IMG/VR virus record: IMGVR_UViG_3300035498_000956
Reading direction: 5' to 3' (one strand)
From: a virus
Taxonomy: Duplodnaviria > Caudoviricetes
Length of the DNA: 64,000 bases
The notes under the pieces are model-generated. The model saw only the letters and a program-made list of their open reading frames with translations. It was not told the origin of the DNA and did not search any database. A program made the translations under genes and the position numbers. This document shows positions 40,168-49,808 of this stretch, in pieces (positions within the stretch are counted from its first letter, which is position 1; each line of letters opens with the position of its first letter).

Positions 40168-42549
40168 TTATATAATCCCTACTACGTACTCGTTATCTTT
40201 TAATTCCATAGCTTTAACACCAAGAGTCATACGATTACTCTCTCGAATATCGCCGCTATTAAATTTTAGAATATTATTATTTGAAATTACAATTATCTCC
40301 TCATCATTTCCTATTGGTTTAAATTGTACAACATTATCATTTTCATTAATTTTTTGAATTTTATTACCCTTAATTCCACGATTACAAATTCCAAACTCAT
40401 CAATAGAAGATTTCTTAATCAAGCCATTTTTAGTTACACTTACTATTGATTTTGTATTCTTTGCTACAATTTTTGCATCAATTACTTCATCATTTAATAA
40501 TTTAATTGCCTTAACTCCAGCTGTAGCTCTACCAATAGCAGTAATGTCAGTTGTTTCGATAATTATAAAGTTGCCTTGTCGCGTTAAAATTCCAACGTTT
40601 TCATCGTTTACAAATAGAACATTTACAACACTATCTCCATCTTTTAAATTAATTGCTTTTAAAGAACGTCCTTTTCTTAAAGTATATTCTCTACTTAATG
40701 TTTTCTTAATCATACCATTCTTAGTTAAAAAGACAAAATATTTCGCCGCGTCTTTCTTTTCATATGTTGTGATTGTAGCAATTTCTTCATTATCTTCAAA
40801 ATCAAATAAAGATTTTAAATTAATTTTACTATTTACTGGTAATTCACTGGTATTTGTAACAAACATTCTACCTAATGTTGTGAATACCATTAAACTAGAA
40901 AAATTATCGTCAGCCAATGTCTCAATTATGGTTTCTCCTTTAGCAAGTTTAATTTTAGCTCCTTTTCCGCCACGCTTTTGAGTTAATAGAGTAGAGCTTT
41001 CTTGTGTATAGATGTTATTGAGATTTGTATAGTGGATTAGTAGTTCTTTCTTTTCTATTGGTTCTGCATCTTCGTCTTCTGAAGTGAAATCAAGATTAAT
41101 ACATTTAGTACGGCGCTTATCTCCATATTTTTCTGCCATTGTTTGAATTTCTTTAATCATTTCTTCTTTAATCTTTTCTTCTGATTCTAAAATCAATTGA
41201 ATACGATCTGCAGTTTCTTGTTTTTGATTTCTTTCATTTTCTAATTTTTCGATTTCCAAATGAGTTAAACTCGATAATCTCATCTTTAATATTGCTTCTG
41301 CTTGTTTTTCAGATAAATCATAATTTTTCATAATTAATTGTTTGGCAGATTCTGTGTTTTTTGAACTTCTAATATCTTTTACTAAATCTTCTATGTTATG
41401 AAATGCAACAATTAATCCTTCTAAAATATGGATTCTGTCTAATAATTTAGATAAGTCATATTGATATGCTTTTATAATTATAGTTTTTAAATGTTGTAAA
41501 TATGCCTCCATACTTTCTTTCCATGTAAAAAGTTTAGGAATTTTACCATTATCTAGCATATTCATATTAATAGAATATGAATTTTGAAGAATTGTATGTT
41601 TATATAATAAACGAGTTACCTTTTCAACATTAGCATTTCTTGTTAATTTAATAAAAATTTTACAACCAGAGTAATCTGTGCCATCATATACACTTTCTAC
41701 GCCTAATAATAATCCATCTTCTATTGCTTTACTAATTGAAGCTACTGCATTATTAGTAAAAGTCATATATGGCATTTCTGTAACGATTAATTCCTTATTT
41801 TCATCATCATATTCTATTTTTGCTCTTACTAATGCGGCTTTACCATTTCCATATTTCAAACTTTCTTTTACTTCATCTTCATTAATAATGATTCCACCTG
41901 TAGGAAAATCAATAGGGCAATAAATGTCTTCAAAATCAATGTCTGGATTATTGATTAACTTTTCCAGCGCCACCGCGACATCTTTAAGATTATGTGGAGG
42001 TACAGAACTAGAACAAGCAACTCCAATACCAAAACTACCATTAACTAAACTAAAAGGAAATTTTGTTGGTAAAACAGTTGGATAATATTCTTCTTCTGTA
42101 TAATTTAATTTCCAATCGTCAATAGTTTCTTTTTCTAATAAAGAAGTCATCTCATATGCAATTTCATTTCCACGCATTTCAAGATAACGGGCTTGACTAT
42201 AGTCATCTCCACTTAAATAAGAACCATTATTACCTTGTACTTCAATAATTGGATAACGTAAAGAAAAATCTTGAGATAATCTTACTGCAGTACCTAAAAT
42301 AGATGCGTCACCATGAGGTGAATATCTCATAGCTCCATTAACAGTTGCTACAGCTTTTCTTCTCTTGTCTTTATAAGTAAGCTTATCTTTATATTGAGCA
42401 TATAATATAAAACGCGCTCCGCATTTTAGTCCATCTCGTGCATCTGGTAATGCACGAGTTTGGATAACATAAGATGCATAAGGCACATAAAATGCCTGTA
42501 AAGCATCACTAACTTCCCATTCTTTTCCATTAAATTGTATTTCTGCCAT
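40168..42549 (-). CDS. gyrA: DNA gyrase subunit A
   Basis: RALPDARDGLK, SPHGD, catalytic ARY, GyrA-box QKRGGKG, C-terminal beta-pinwheel repeats. Confidence 0.95.
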   Translation of the reverse strand: MAEIQFNGKEWEVSDALQAFYVPYASYVIQTRALPDARDGLKCGARFILYAQYKDKLTYKDKRRKAVATVNGAMRYSPHGDASILGTAVRLSQDFSLRYPIIEVQGNNGSYLSGDDYSQARYLEMRGNEIAYEMTSLLEKETIDDWKLNYTEEEYYPTVLPTKFPFSLVNGSFGIGVACSSSVPPHNLKDVAVALEKLINNPDIDFEDIYCPIDFPTGGIIINEDEVKESLKYGNGKAALVRAKIEYDDENKELIVTEMPYMTFTNNAVASISKAIEDGLLLGVESVYDGTDYSGCKIFIKLTRNANVEKVTRLLYKHTILQNSYSINMNMLDNGKIPKLFTWKESMEAYLQHLKTIIIKAYQYDLSKLLDRIHILEGLIVAFHNIEDLVKDIRSSKNTESAKQLIMKNYDLSEKQAEAILKMRLSSLTHLEIEKLENERNQKQETADRIQLILESEEKIKEEMIKEIQTMAEKYGDKRRTKCINLDFTSEDEDAEPIEKKELLIHYTNLNNIYTQESSTLLTQKRGGKGAKIKLAKGETIIETLADDNFSSLMVFTTLGRMFVTNTSELPVNSKINLKSLFDFEDNEEIATITTYEKKDAAKYFVFLTKNGMIKKTLSREYTLRKGRSLKAINLKDGDSVVNVLFVNDENVGILTRQGNFIIIETTDITAIGRATAGVKAIKLLNDEVIDAKIVAKNTKSIVSVTKNGLIKKSSIDEFGICNRGIKGNKIQKINENDNVVQFKPIGNDEEIIVISNNNILKFNSGDIRESNRMTLGVKAMELKDNEYVVGII

Positions 42550-42614
42550 AGAATCTCTCCTTTTTTTTATTATAATAATATTATACTACAAATTAAATCT
42601 TTTGTCAATTTATT

Positions 42615-42799
42615 TTAATCCTCCAAATTTTCAAAATCCGCATGAGAGAAAACATAATCCTTTCTTGAAACAATATCTTCTCCTAAGAGAACGTCAAAAT
42701 AATATTTTGCCTGCTCAGCGTCGTCCATTTTAATTTGAACCATTCTAGCATCTTTTGAGAATATTGTTTGTCTAAAATCTTCAGGCTGAGATTCACCTA
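42615..42799 (-). CDS. gyrB: DNA gyrase subunit B, exon 2
   Basis: (L)GESQPEDFRQTIFSKDARMVQIKMDDAEQAKYYFDVLLGEDIVSRKDYVFSHADFENLED*, the canonical GyrB C-terminus; absent from the ORF track. Confidence 0.9.
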
Positions 42800-43861
42800 C
42801 GTATTACTCCATTATTTCTAATGGTACTGACCATTTCTTACTGTAAAAACAGCACATCGTTTCGGTTCTCATTGGCTTCGTTTCCTAAAACCAAGACGTG
42901 TATTAATAACGTCCCTACTCCCCAGCATTTCAACCTTAGGGATGGCCGATACAAGTTACTCAATTTCAATATAGGTTTTCCTATTATAAATTCTTTTAAA
43001 CACTTCTCTAGTTACTTTATCTTTAAAGTCTTGGTATAATTCATCTAAAGTTTCGGATGAAGATCTACGTCGAATTTCTCGTATTTCCTCTATACTAAGT
43101 CTTCGACCAGATCCTTTTCCAGGGTGGCTATTCCTCATCCAAGTATGAAAAGCTATATTTTCTTTGGTGAAAACATCCATATGTACCTTTGTCCAAGTAT
43201 CACCATTCCAAATTTTATGAAATCCACTTGGTCCAATTTTATCTTTATATTGTGCATACACCTCATCTTTTATCTGATGCTTATTATATGCTTCACGAAT
43301 ATTATATACATCAGCTTCAGATAATTTATGTCGTGGATGCCTTTCGCCATCTTGAATACGAAGAACCATATTACCACCTTCGTCTTCATTGTAACCATGT
43401 TTATAAGTATCATATAACTTTATATAATATATTTCCCAATCGTTTAATTCTTCTTGTGGACAAGTTTTTAATACTTCAAAATCAAAATTTTCTGTACCAT
43501 ATTTACGAAGAGCACGATAGAACGTTTTTTCATATTCTTTATTACTTTCAACATTCCAAAAAGCTCGTTGTATATGTGTTTTTCTACGTTTTTCAATATC
43601 AATACTTTGTCCAATATAACTATGTCCATTAATTTTATTTGTAAATTTATAAATTCCTATCATAAAATCACTCCTAATATAACGTGAGTGACTATTGAGT
43701 AACTCACGAGATTATCTTCTATTCTTGAAGTAGTTTTCCTAAGCCTTAACTTTAAGAAAAACGGATTACGAGAACGTTCAGACTCCCTCGTTAGCTAAGA
43801 TTTATCTTCTTAACCTCTATTAATAAAATAGATTAGATGTGTTAGGGCCAGACTATCTCTT
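42800..43861 (-). mobile_element. Group I intron 6 in gyrB carrying a GIY-YIG endonuclease
   Basis: Splits the RLKG(L)GE motif: GGG T|TA GGT; P1 GGGU/GCCC; P7 GGCCAT/ATGGTC; terminal G42800. Confidence 0.9.
42956..43663 (-). CDS. Intron-encoded GIY-YIG homing endonuclease
   Basis: MIGIYKFTNKINGHSYIGQSIDIEKR...ELNDWEIYYI...GYNEDEGG. Confidence 0.92.
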   Translation of the reverse strand: MIGIYKFTNKINGHSYIGQSIDIEKRRKTHIQRAFWNVESNKEYEKTFYRALRKYGTENFDFEVLKTCPQEELNDWEIYYIKLYDTYKHGYNEDEGGNMVLRIQDGERHPRHKLSEADVYNIREAYNKHQIKDEVYAQYKDKIGPSGFHKIWNGDTWTKVHMDVFTKENIAFHTWMRNSHPGKGSGRRLSIEEIREIRRRSSSETLDELYQDFKDKVTREVFKRIYNRKTYIEIE

Positions 43862-45521
43862 ACCCCTTTAATCTAGTTATATCACCTTTAGGTAATTCTT
43901 TTAGTTCTTTTTCGTTATAAGCAAAATATTTTTTACCTTTACTTTCAACTTTGAATAATGGAGTTACACCCCAATATACTTTACCTGCTTTAATTAATTC
44001 TGGATAATGACAATAGAGAAATGTTAAAACTAAACATACTATATCATATCCATCTTTATCCATATCCGCCATTATAACAATTTTACCATAACGTAATTTT
44101 TTAATATTAAATTTATCTCCCACGCCGCAACCAAAAGCAACGTGTAATTGTTTTACTTCCTCGTTTGCGGCAACTTTATCAGCAGGATTTTTTAAAGCAT
44201 TAATAATCTTACCTCTTAAATCAAAGCAAGCTGTAGTTTCAGAATCTCTCGCTTTAACAAGTGCTCCCTTTGCTGATTTTCCTTCACATATCATTAATTG
44301 TGAGGATTCATCATGTCTTCTGCAGTCAGCAAGCTTTTCTACTAGTATTGCTTTTTTCTTTAATTCTTTTTGAATATCATTATTACTTGATAAAATCGCC
44401 TCTCTTGCTTTATCAGCCGCAATTTCAGCTCGTTGCACCTTAACCATCATTTCAATAATTACAGAGAAATCATTAGTCTTACTAAATTCTTCTAATCCCT
44501 CTTTCATTGCTTGAGAAGTCAAAGTTCTAAGAGACGGCGTATTAATTTTAGATTTTGTTTGATTCGCAAATGATGGGTTTGCTACTTTACAATTAACCGC
44601 ATAGATTAATCCCTTTCTCATCGATTCAGGTTCTAAATTCTTTCCACTTAATTTTTTAATTTGTGTTGTAATAGCAGTTTTCGCTCCAGTAACAGGAGTT
44701 CCTCCCTCTGGACAATATAGTCCATTAACAAACACATAACTCTTTTCTTGTCCGCCAGTCCAAATAAAGGCTACTTCAACTTCATCTGTTCCATCAGTAG
44801 CAGAACAAATAATTGGTTTTTTCATTAATGGTTTTTTAGCTACATCTTTAATGAAATCTGCAATACCATTTTTAGAATAGTATTCTTGAGATTTACTATT
44901 ATCTTGATTTTTTATTATGAATTTAATACCTTTATTTAAATAGGCAATATTTTTTATTTCTTCACAAATTCTATCAAAAGAAAAAGATTCAGTTGCGTTA
45001 ATAAAAACTTTTTTATCTGGTTGGAATGTTATTAGAGTTCCGTCTTTTTCTTTTGTTGTAGTTTCTTCATAGGATTTAAGTAATCCTTCTTCAAAGATTG
45101 CTGTCGCTGATGTTCCACTTCGGTAACTCGTTACGATAAATTTGGAAGATGACATACATACTGCCGTTCCTCCGATTCCGTTCAATCCGCTACTATTTTT
45201 ATAAGAACCTTTATCAAACTTACCACCTGTATGAGATTCAGTATAAATTGCAACCAATATATTCCTATCATCTTTGATACCAAAAGGAACACCACGTCCG
45301 AAGTCACGGCATGATATCGTTCCGTCTGTCTCATCAAGTGTAAGAATGATGCTATCACCATATCCAGCGATTGCCTCATCAGTCGAGTTATTAATGATTT
45401 CCTTTAGGGCTTGATAGATGCCCTCTGTATCGTCTGTTCCAAGATACATTTGGATACGTTGACGCATCGCATTTCTGGTATCGAGGTGCTTTATATTATC
45501 TATATTATATTCTGTACTCAT
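43862..45521 (-). CDS. gyrB: DNA gyrase subunit B, exon 1
   Basis: EIINNSTDE, DFGRGVP, HTGGKF, SSGLNGIG, CEGKSA, LRGKIIN, MADMDKDG; start ATG 45521 after GGAGG. Confidence 0.95.
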
Positions 45522-45589
45522 GTGATTCCTCCTCAAGTTCTCGCGTTTATTTTCTTCTCTCTGTGTCCCTCCCCTCATTTTCTATATTT

Positions 45590-45618
45590 ATTATATCACT
45601 CTTTAGCGGCAAAGTCAA
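45590..45618 (-). promoter_or_regulatory. Sigma-A-type promoter for gyrB
   Basis: TTGACT-17 nt-TATAAT with extended TG. Confidence 0.75.
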
Positions 45619-45675
45619 TTAATTTTCGTTTTGCCCGCTGGAGATTTTGTTTGTGATTCGTTTGGGTAATAGTTA

Positions 45676-46254
45676 AGGCGGCTAGTTTTGATTCCAGCCG
45701 CCTAGGTTTGAGTTATTTAATTATTTCGGAGTGTTATTTGAGCTGTTACTCAATCACTTGTTTTTATTTATAATTCACCCTATTAATGAGCTACGCTCAT
45801 CAAAAATTAGAGAAAATTGATTTTGAACTCTTTTTCTCTAACTTTACTTTTGACTTATGTTTTACACCTACTATTAAAATACTAAACGCCAAGACTTATT
45901 AAACCAGCAAAATAAAACCTTGTTAATTTAAGTTGTGCGCCTATTCGGTAGTCCATAGGCAAGCTGGTTTCTTTGTTCCTCCCCTTCTTTTACAACAATA
46001 CGTTTGTTGACGGCTTAAGTTCCCGTTTTGACGATATAAGTTACGATTAACTGTCATGGATTTTGACATTAATTCCTATAACGTGTGATTTAGAACTTCC
46101 CGCTCACAACACGATTAACAGCGTGGACTAGATAGGCATATCATCACGACATTCCTAAATAGCCTTTTTGATAACGGAGAGCTGTCTAAGCGTCCCTCTC
46201 CGCTTAACAACGAACTAAATCGACTTACGTTAAGCATTCTATATTCACTTTTCT
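45676..46254 (-). ncRNA. Candidate large structured non-coding RNA (~580 nt)
   Basis: No ORF of 60 aa or more; GC higher than neighbouring intergenic DNA; many hairpins; consensus promoter at 46261-46289 and closing AGGCGGCT/AGCCGCCT hairpin at 45676-45703. Confidence 0.65.
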
Positions 46255-46260
46255 AATATT

Positions 46261-46289
46261 ATTATACCATGTAAACTAGAAAAAGTCAA
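46261..46289 (-). promoter_or_regulatory. Sigma-A-type promoter firing into the ORF-less structured region
   Basis: TTGACT-17 nt-TATAAT with extended TG. Confidence 0.8.
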
Positions 46290-46317
46290 TCCCATTAAGA
46301 GATTGACTTAATCAAAA

Positions 46318-46830
46318 TTATTTCTTTTTCTTATGATACTTTTTCGCCGCGGAATTTACAACGATTCCTTTATCTTTTTGCTCTTGTTCCCATTTACGTC
46401 TTTTCTCTGCTCGTTCAATTTCATATGTATTGATTCTACCCTCGGCCCAAATAATTTCTCTTTTGTCGGGCTTTAATCTTGCATCATCATCAAATAAAGT
46501 TTTCCATCTATCATCAAGAAAATATTCTAGTTGATAGATTTTCCTTTTTAATATTTCAACCTTCTTTTCATCTGTCTCTGTTTCTAGACATCTATTATAA
46601 TATGCATAGTCTCTTTCAATGATTGTTGGTAAATTTTTATCAAAAACCTTATGATTATGAGCTAAATATTTTGAATCCTTTAAAATCTTATTCCAAAATT
46701 TAACACCAAAGGGACTATCATAATCATGGATTCGTTGATTTTCTTTAACTAAATTCTTTATAACGTTTTTCTTCGTTCTTTTTACTGGCTTTGGACCTTT
46801 TCTCTTTTTCTCTTGATTTATATTTTCCAT
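46318..46830 (-). CDS. Basic hypothetical protein
   Basis: AGGAGG RBS, own promoter, Lys/Arg-rich termini. Confidence 0.7.
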   Translation of the reverse strand: MENINQEKKRKGPKPVKRTKKNVIKNLVKENQRIHDYDSPFGVKFWNKILKDSKYLAHNHKVFDKNLPTIIERDYAYYNRCLETETDEKKVEILKRKIYQLEYFLDDRWKTLFDDDARLKPDKREIIWAEGRINTYEIERAEKRRKWEQEQKDKGIVVNSAAKKYHKKKK

Positions 46831-46912
46831 ATAAATTCCTCCTTTATTTTTCTATTATCATTATATCAGAAAATAAAGAAAAAATCAAGCTAATTAAAGC
46901 TTGATTTTCATG

Positions 46913-48010
46913 TTACTTTTGAAATAGATATAAAAATTCTAAATCATAATCTTCTTGACGTTTCTTTCTTCCCTTCTTTCCATTTGTACCAATTTTATAT
47001 TTCTTAATAAATTTAAAACCAACTTTTTCTAGCTGTTCTAACCAATCTTCTGTAATATGATAATAATTTTTACTCTCATCTGAATAGTTATTTATATCAA
47101 CAGCAAAATATCCTCCAGTCTTTAACATATCATAACTATTTTTAACAGTATTATACACATAATTATTGACCCAATTATCATAATTTGCAAATTTAATTTC
47201 ACTTTGAGTATCTTCTGTACTATAATGCTCTAAATTAAAGAAAGGCGGGCATGAAAATATAAAATCAACAGACGAATTTGGTTCTATATGATTTTCAGAA
47301 CATTCTTTATATATTTTATAACTATTTTTTCTATTGGTGCATTGTTCAATATAAGAACCTAGATTTAATAGATTATCATATGTTTCAGTACATGGTTCTA
47401 CACCTATATATGTATAATTATTTTTACTTGATAATGCTCCTAGCATTCGCGCGCCAAAACCACAAGAATAATCATAAATTACACCATTTTTTGGACAAAA
47501 ACATTCATAAATAGCTTTAGCTCTCATTGGATTATAATTTGTTGGCATTTTACCATTTAATCTTCCAACACGAATAAAAAGATTACGCATATTAGAAATT
47601 TTTTCATGTTTAAAAGCAAAACGAAAAATTGTGTGTAAACAAGTTTCATTATAAAATTGATCATATAGGCTCATGTTTTTACCTTGTGTAGATGTAAATA
47701 AATTTGGAAACATAAAATCAAGAAAGACTTGTCCAGTATATGATCTAATATCTATATTTTCAGCATTAAAATCCATTACTGGATTGCTTTTAATACATCT
47801 TAAAATTTCTTTTCTAATTCCCTCTTGATTGTAATAATAAATAGGGAAAATATTAATTTCCCTAATTTTTTTTATAACTTGATTAATAATCCTATCTTGT
47901 TCATCTCTTGTTAGTTCTTTAAAATTATCTGGAATTAAGATATTTAAATCTTCAATAATACCACTATAGGCATCTTCTTTTTCTTGTGTAGCAATATAAT
48001 CCCACTGCAT
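46913..48010 (-). CDS. DNA amino-methyltransferase (N4-C/N6-A type)
   Basis: SAM-binding IYDYSCGFGAR, YIGVEP, catalytic-type FSCPPFF, LKTGGYFAVDI. Confidence 0.85.
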   Translation of the reverse strand: MQWDYIATQEKEDAYSGIIEDLNILIPDNFKELTRDEQDRIINQVIKKIREINIFPIYYYNQEGIRKEILRCIKSNPVMDFNAENIDIRSYTGQVFLDFMFPNLFTSTQGKNMSLYDQFYNETCLHTIFRFAFKHEKISNMRNLFIRVGRLNGKMPTNYNPMRAKAIYECFCPKNGVIYDYSCGFGARMLGALSSKNNYTYIGVEPCTETYDNLLNLGSYIEQCTNRKNSYKIYKECSENHIEPNSSVDFIFSCPPFFNLEHYSTEDTQSEIKFANYDNWVNNYVYNTVKNSYDMLKTGGYFAVDINNYSDESKNYYHITEDWLEQLEKVGFKFIKKYKIGTNGKKGRKKRQEDYDLEFLYLFQK

Positions 48011-48021
48011 ACGAAGCCTCC

Positions 48022-48195
48022 TTAATATCCTAATAAATTATCCCATTTCTTATTTGCAACAAGAATTGGTAATTCTGTTTCACTAAATTTCTTCCATTTC
48101 TTCATAAAATCAATAGCACATTTACACTCATCACAATTTTCATCACATTCAGGATTATCCTTTTGTAAAGGACACTTTAATTGCTTAAATTTCAT
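48022..48195 (-). CDS. Small Cys-rich hypothetical protein (57 aa)
   Basis: MKFKQLKCPLQKDNPECDENCDECKCAIDF...; start overlaps the nrdG stop, AGGAGG RBS; below the ORF-track cutoff. Confidence 0.6.
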   Translation of the reverse strand: MKFKQLKCPLQKDNPECDENCDECKCAIDFMKKWKKFSETELPILVANKKWDNLLGY

Positions 48196-48731
48196 TATGA
48201 TTCCTCCTTAAAATATTCTTTACTTATATTTTCCCATTTTAATCCATTATCATAGAATTTATATGCTTGTTGATTTGTACTACCTCTAAAATCTAAAATT
48301 TTAGTGGAGCGGCTCTTATCATAACGTCCATCTATCATTATATCAATTAATTGTAAAAAATCAATAGCGCCATTAATTTTTAGAAAATTTTCTAATATAA
48401 ATCCAGTATAAACAATAATTTGTAAAGGTTCTTTACGATTTTTAATATCATCATTATCTCTAATTTCGCGGCAAAATTTGGTAACTGTATCTAAATTTCT
48501 TGGATGACAAGGATCGCCGCCGAGTAATACAAAACTTTTTATATGAGGATTCTTTAAAGATTCTATTATCTTATCTTCTATTGATTTATCAAATAGCTTC
48601 CCTGCATTAAAATCCCATGTTTCAGAATTAAAACAATCCTCGCAATGTTGTTCACAACCTGATACCCATAAAGTCGTGGATAATCCATGACTATTCGCAG
48701 TATCGAAATATAACACTTTTGAATAGTTCAT
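48195..48731 (-). CDS. nrdG: Anaerobic ribonucleotide reductase activating enzyme
   Basis: LWVSGCEQHCEDCFNSETWDF, LLGGDP, IDGRY, FRGSTNQ. Confidence 0.95.
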   Translation of the reverse strand: MNYSKVLYFDTANSHGLSTTLWVSGCEQHCEDCFNSETWDFNAGKLFDKSIEDKIIESLKNPHIKSFVLLGGDPCHPRNLDTVTKFCREIRDNDDIKNRKEPLQIIVYTGFILENFLKINGAIDFLQLIDIMIDGRYDKSRSTKILDFRGSTNQQAYKFYDNGLKWENISKEYFKEES

Positions 48732-48732
48732 T

Positions 48733-49281
48733 TTAATCCTCCCATCTTAATCTGATAACACTACAATTTACTTGCACTCCATTAACTTTTCTTCTGGTTT
48801 CAATTACGTCAAAGCCTTGGGAAATTATCAAACGTTTAACAGAGGGCCATTTTAACTGTTTTCCACTTGTTCCTTTGAGATTAAAGAACTTACTAATCTT
48901 TTCTTTATCTTCTTTTAATAAAGGTTTTTCTAATAATCTTGTAATTAATTGAATAATTTCCTTTTTAGTTGGCTCTTTATCTTCTTTCTCTTGATATGAA
49001 TCAATAGAAGCATTGATTTTATTATAACCTTTTTCAATTGAATTATAAAGATTAATATAATAAGCTTCTCTTTCGTTTAATTCATCTTCTTTACATTCCT
49101 CTAAAATTTGGAATCTAAACCTATAAGGATGCTCATATAGTTCATAATGAAGCTCATCTTCAACTGAAGTCGCATAACGACCTTGTTCTATATGTTCTCC
49201 CCAGCGGCGAGATATATCAAGTGATTTTCCAATGTACTTCTTATTGTCACGAATATTTTCAATCATATAAATACCTATCAT
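48733..49281 (-). CDS. Free-standing GIY-YIG endonuclease
   Basis: MIGIYMIENIRDNKKYIGKSLDISRRWGEH...LNEREAYYI...GYN. Confidence 0.88.
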   Translation of the reverse strand: MIGIYMIENIRDNKKYIGKSLDISRRWGEHIEQGRYATSVEDELHYELYEHPYRFRFQILEECKEDELNEREAYYINLYNSIEKGYNKINASIDSYQEKEDKEPTKKEIIQLITRLLEKPLLKEDKEKISKFFNLKGTSGKQLKWPSVKRLIISQGFDVIETRRKVNGVQVNCSVIRLRWED

Positions 49282-49345
49282 TTAAATATCCCCTTTCTGA
49301 TTTCTATAATTATTATATCATGGTTTAAGAGAAAAATCAATTTAA

Positions 49346-49717
49346 TTAAAATTCCTCCATTTGAAAATAAATTGGTGTACTGCCAATAATTGCCTGTGGA
49401 ACTAAAATTAATTTTAATATTGCTTGATTAATATCATTATCATATGCAACCATGTTGAATTTTTGTCCTCTTGATGTAAAATCTGCTTTTTGAATAAGTA
49501 AAAATGAATCTGTCGTTGTATTATGAAAAAATAATTGATTAAAATTTTGAGTTATTTTTATATGTTGTGTGTTAATATGATTTTTTTTCATTATATCTAA
49601 AGTATATTTTTGTAAGTTTTTGGAATAATGAGAGTAATCAACGTAAATAGCCATATGCAAATCAGATTTTGATTCTAATAATTGAAAAAATAACTTTAAT
49701 ATTGATTGATAATTCAT
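49346..49717 (-). CDS. Hypothetical protein
   Basis: AGGAGG RBS and own promoter. Confidence 0.65.
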   Translation of the reverse strand: MNYQSILKLFFQLLESKSDLHMAIYVDYSHYSKNLQKYTLDIMKKNHINTQHIKITQNFNQLFFHNTTTDSFLLIQKADFTSRGQKFNMVAYDNDINQAILKLILVPQAIIGSTPIYFQMEEF

Positions 49718-49808
49718 TTATATACCTCCTTTTGATTTGATAATATTATTATATTATAGGATAGAAAAAAAGTCAAGTCTGATATGACTTGACTTAATTT
49801 TCTTTTAA

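Noticed and set aside
906-45578. Stop-codon reassignment, frameshifts or pseudogenes explaining split TMP, dnaB, gyrB and cassette gene 3
   Set aside because: Each break is accounted for by a group I intron with U/G boundaries and in-frame rejoining; other genes are intact in code 11, and no suppressor tRNA is seen.
45676-46254. tmRNA, RNase P RNA or a seventh group I intron
   Set aside because: No tRNA-like ends, no GAGGAAAGTCC-type RNase P motif, no convincing P7 pair, and no flanking split gene.
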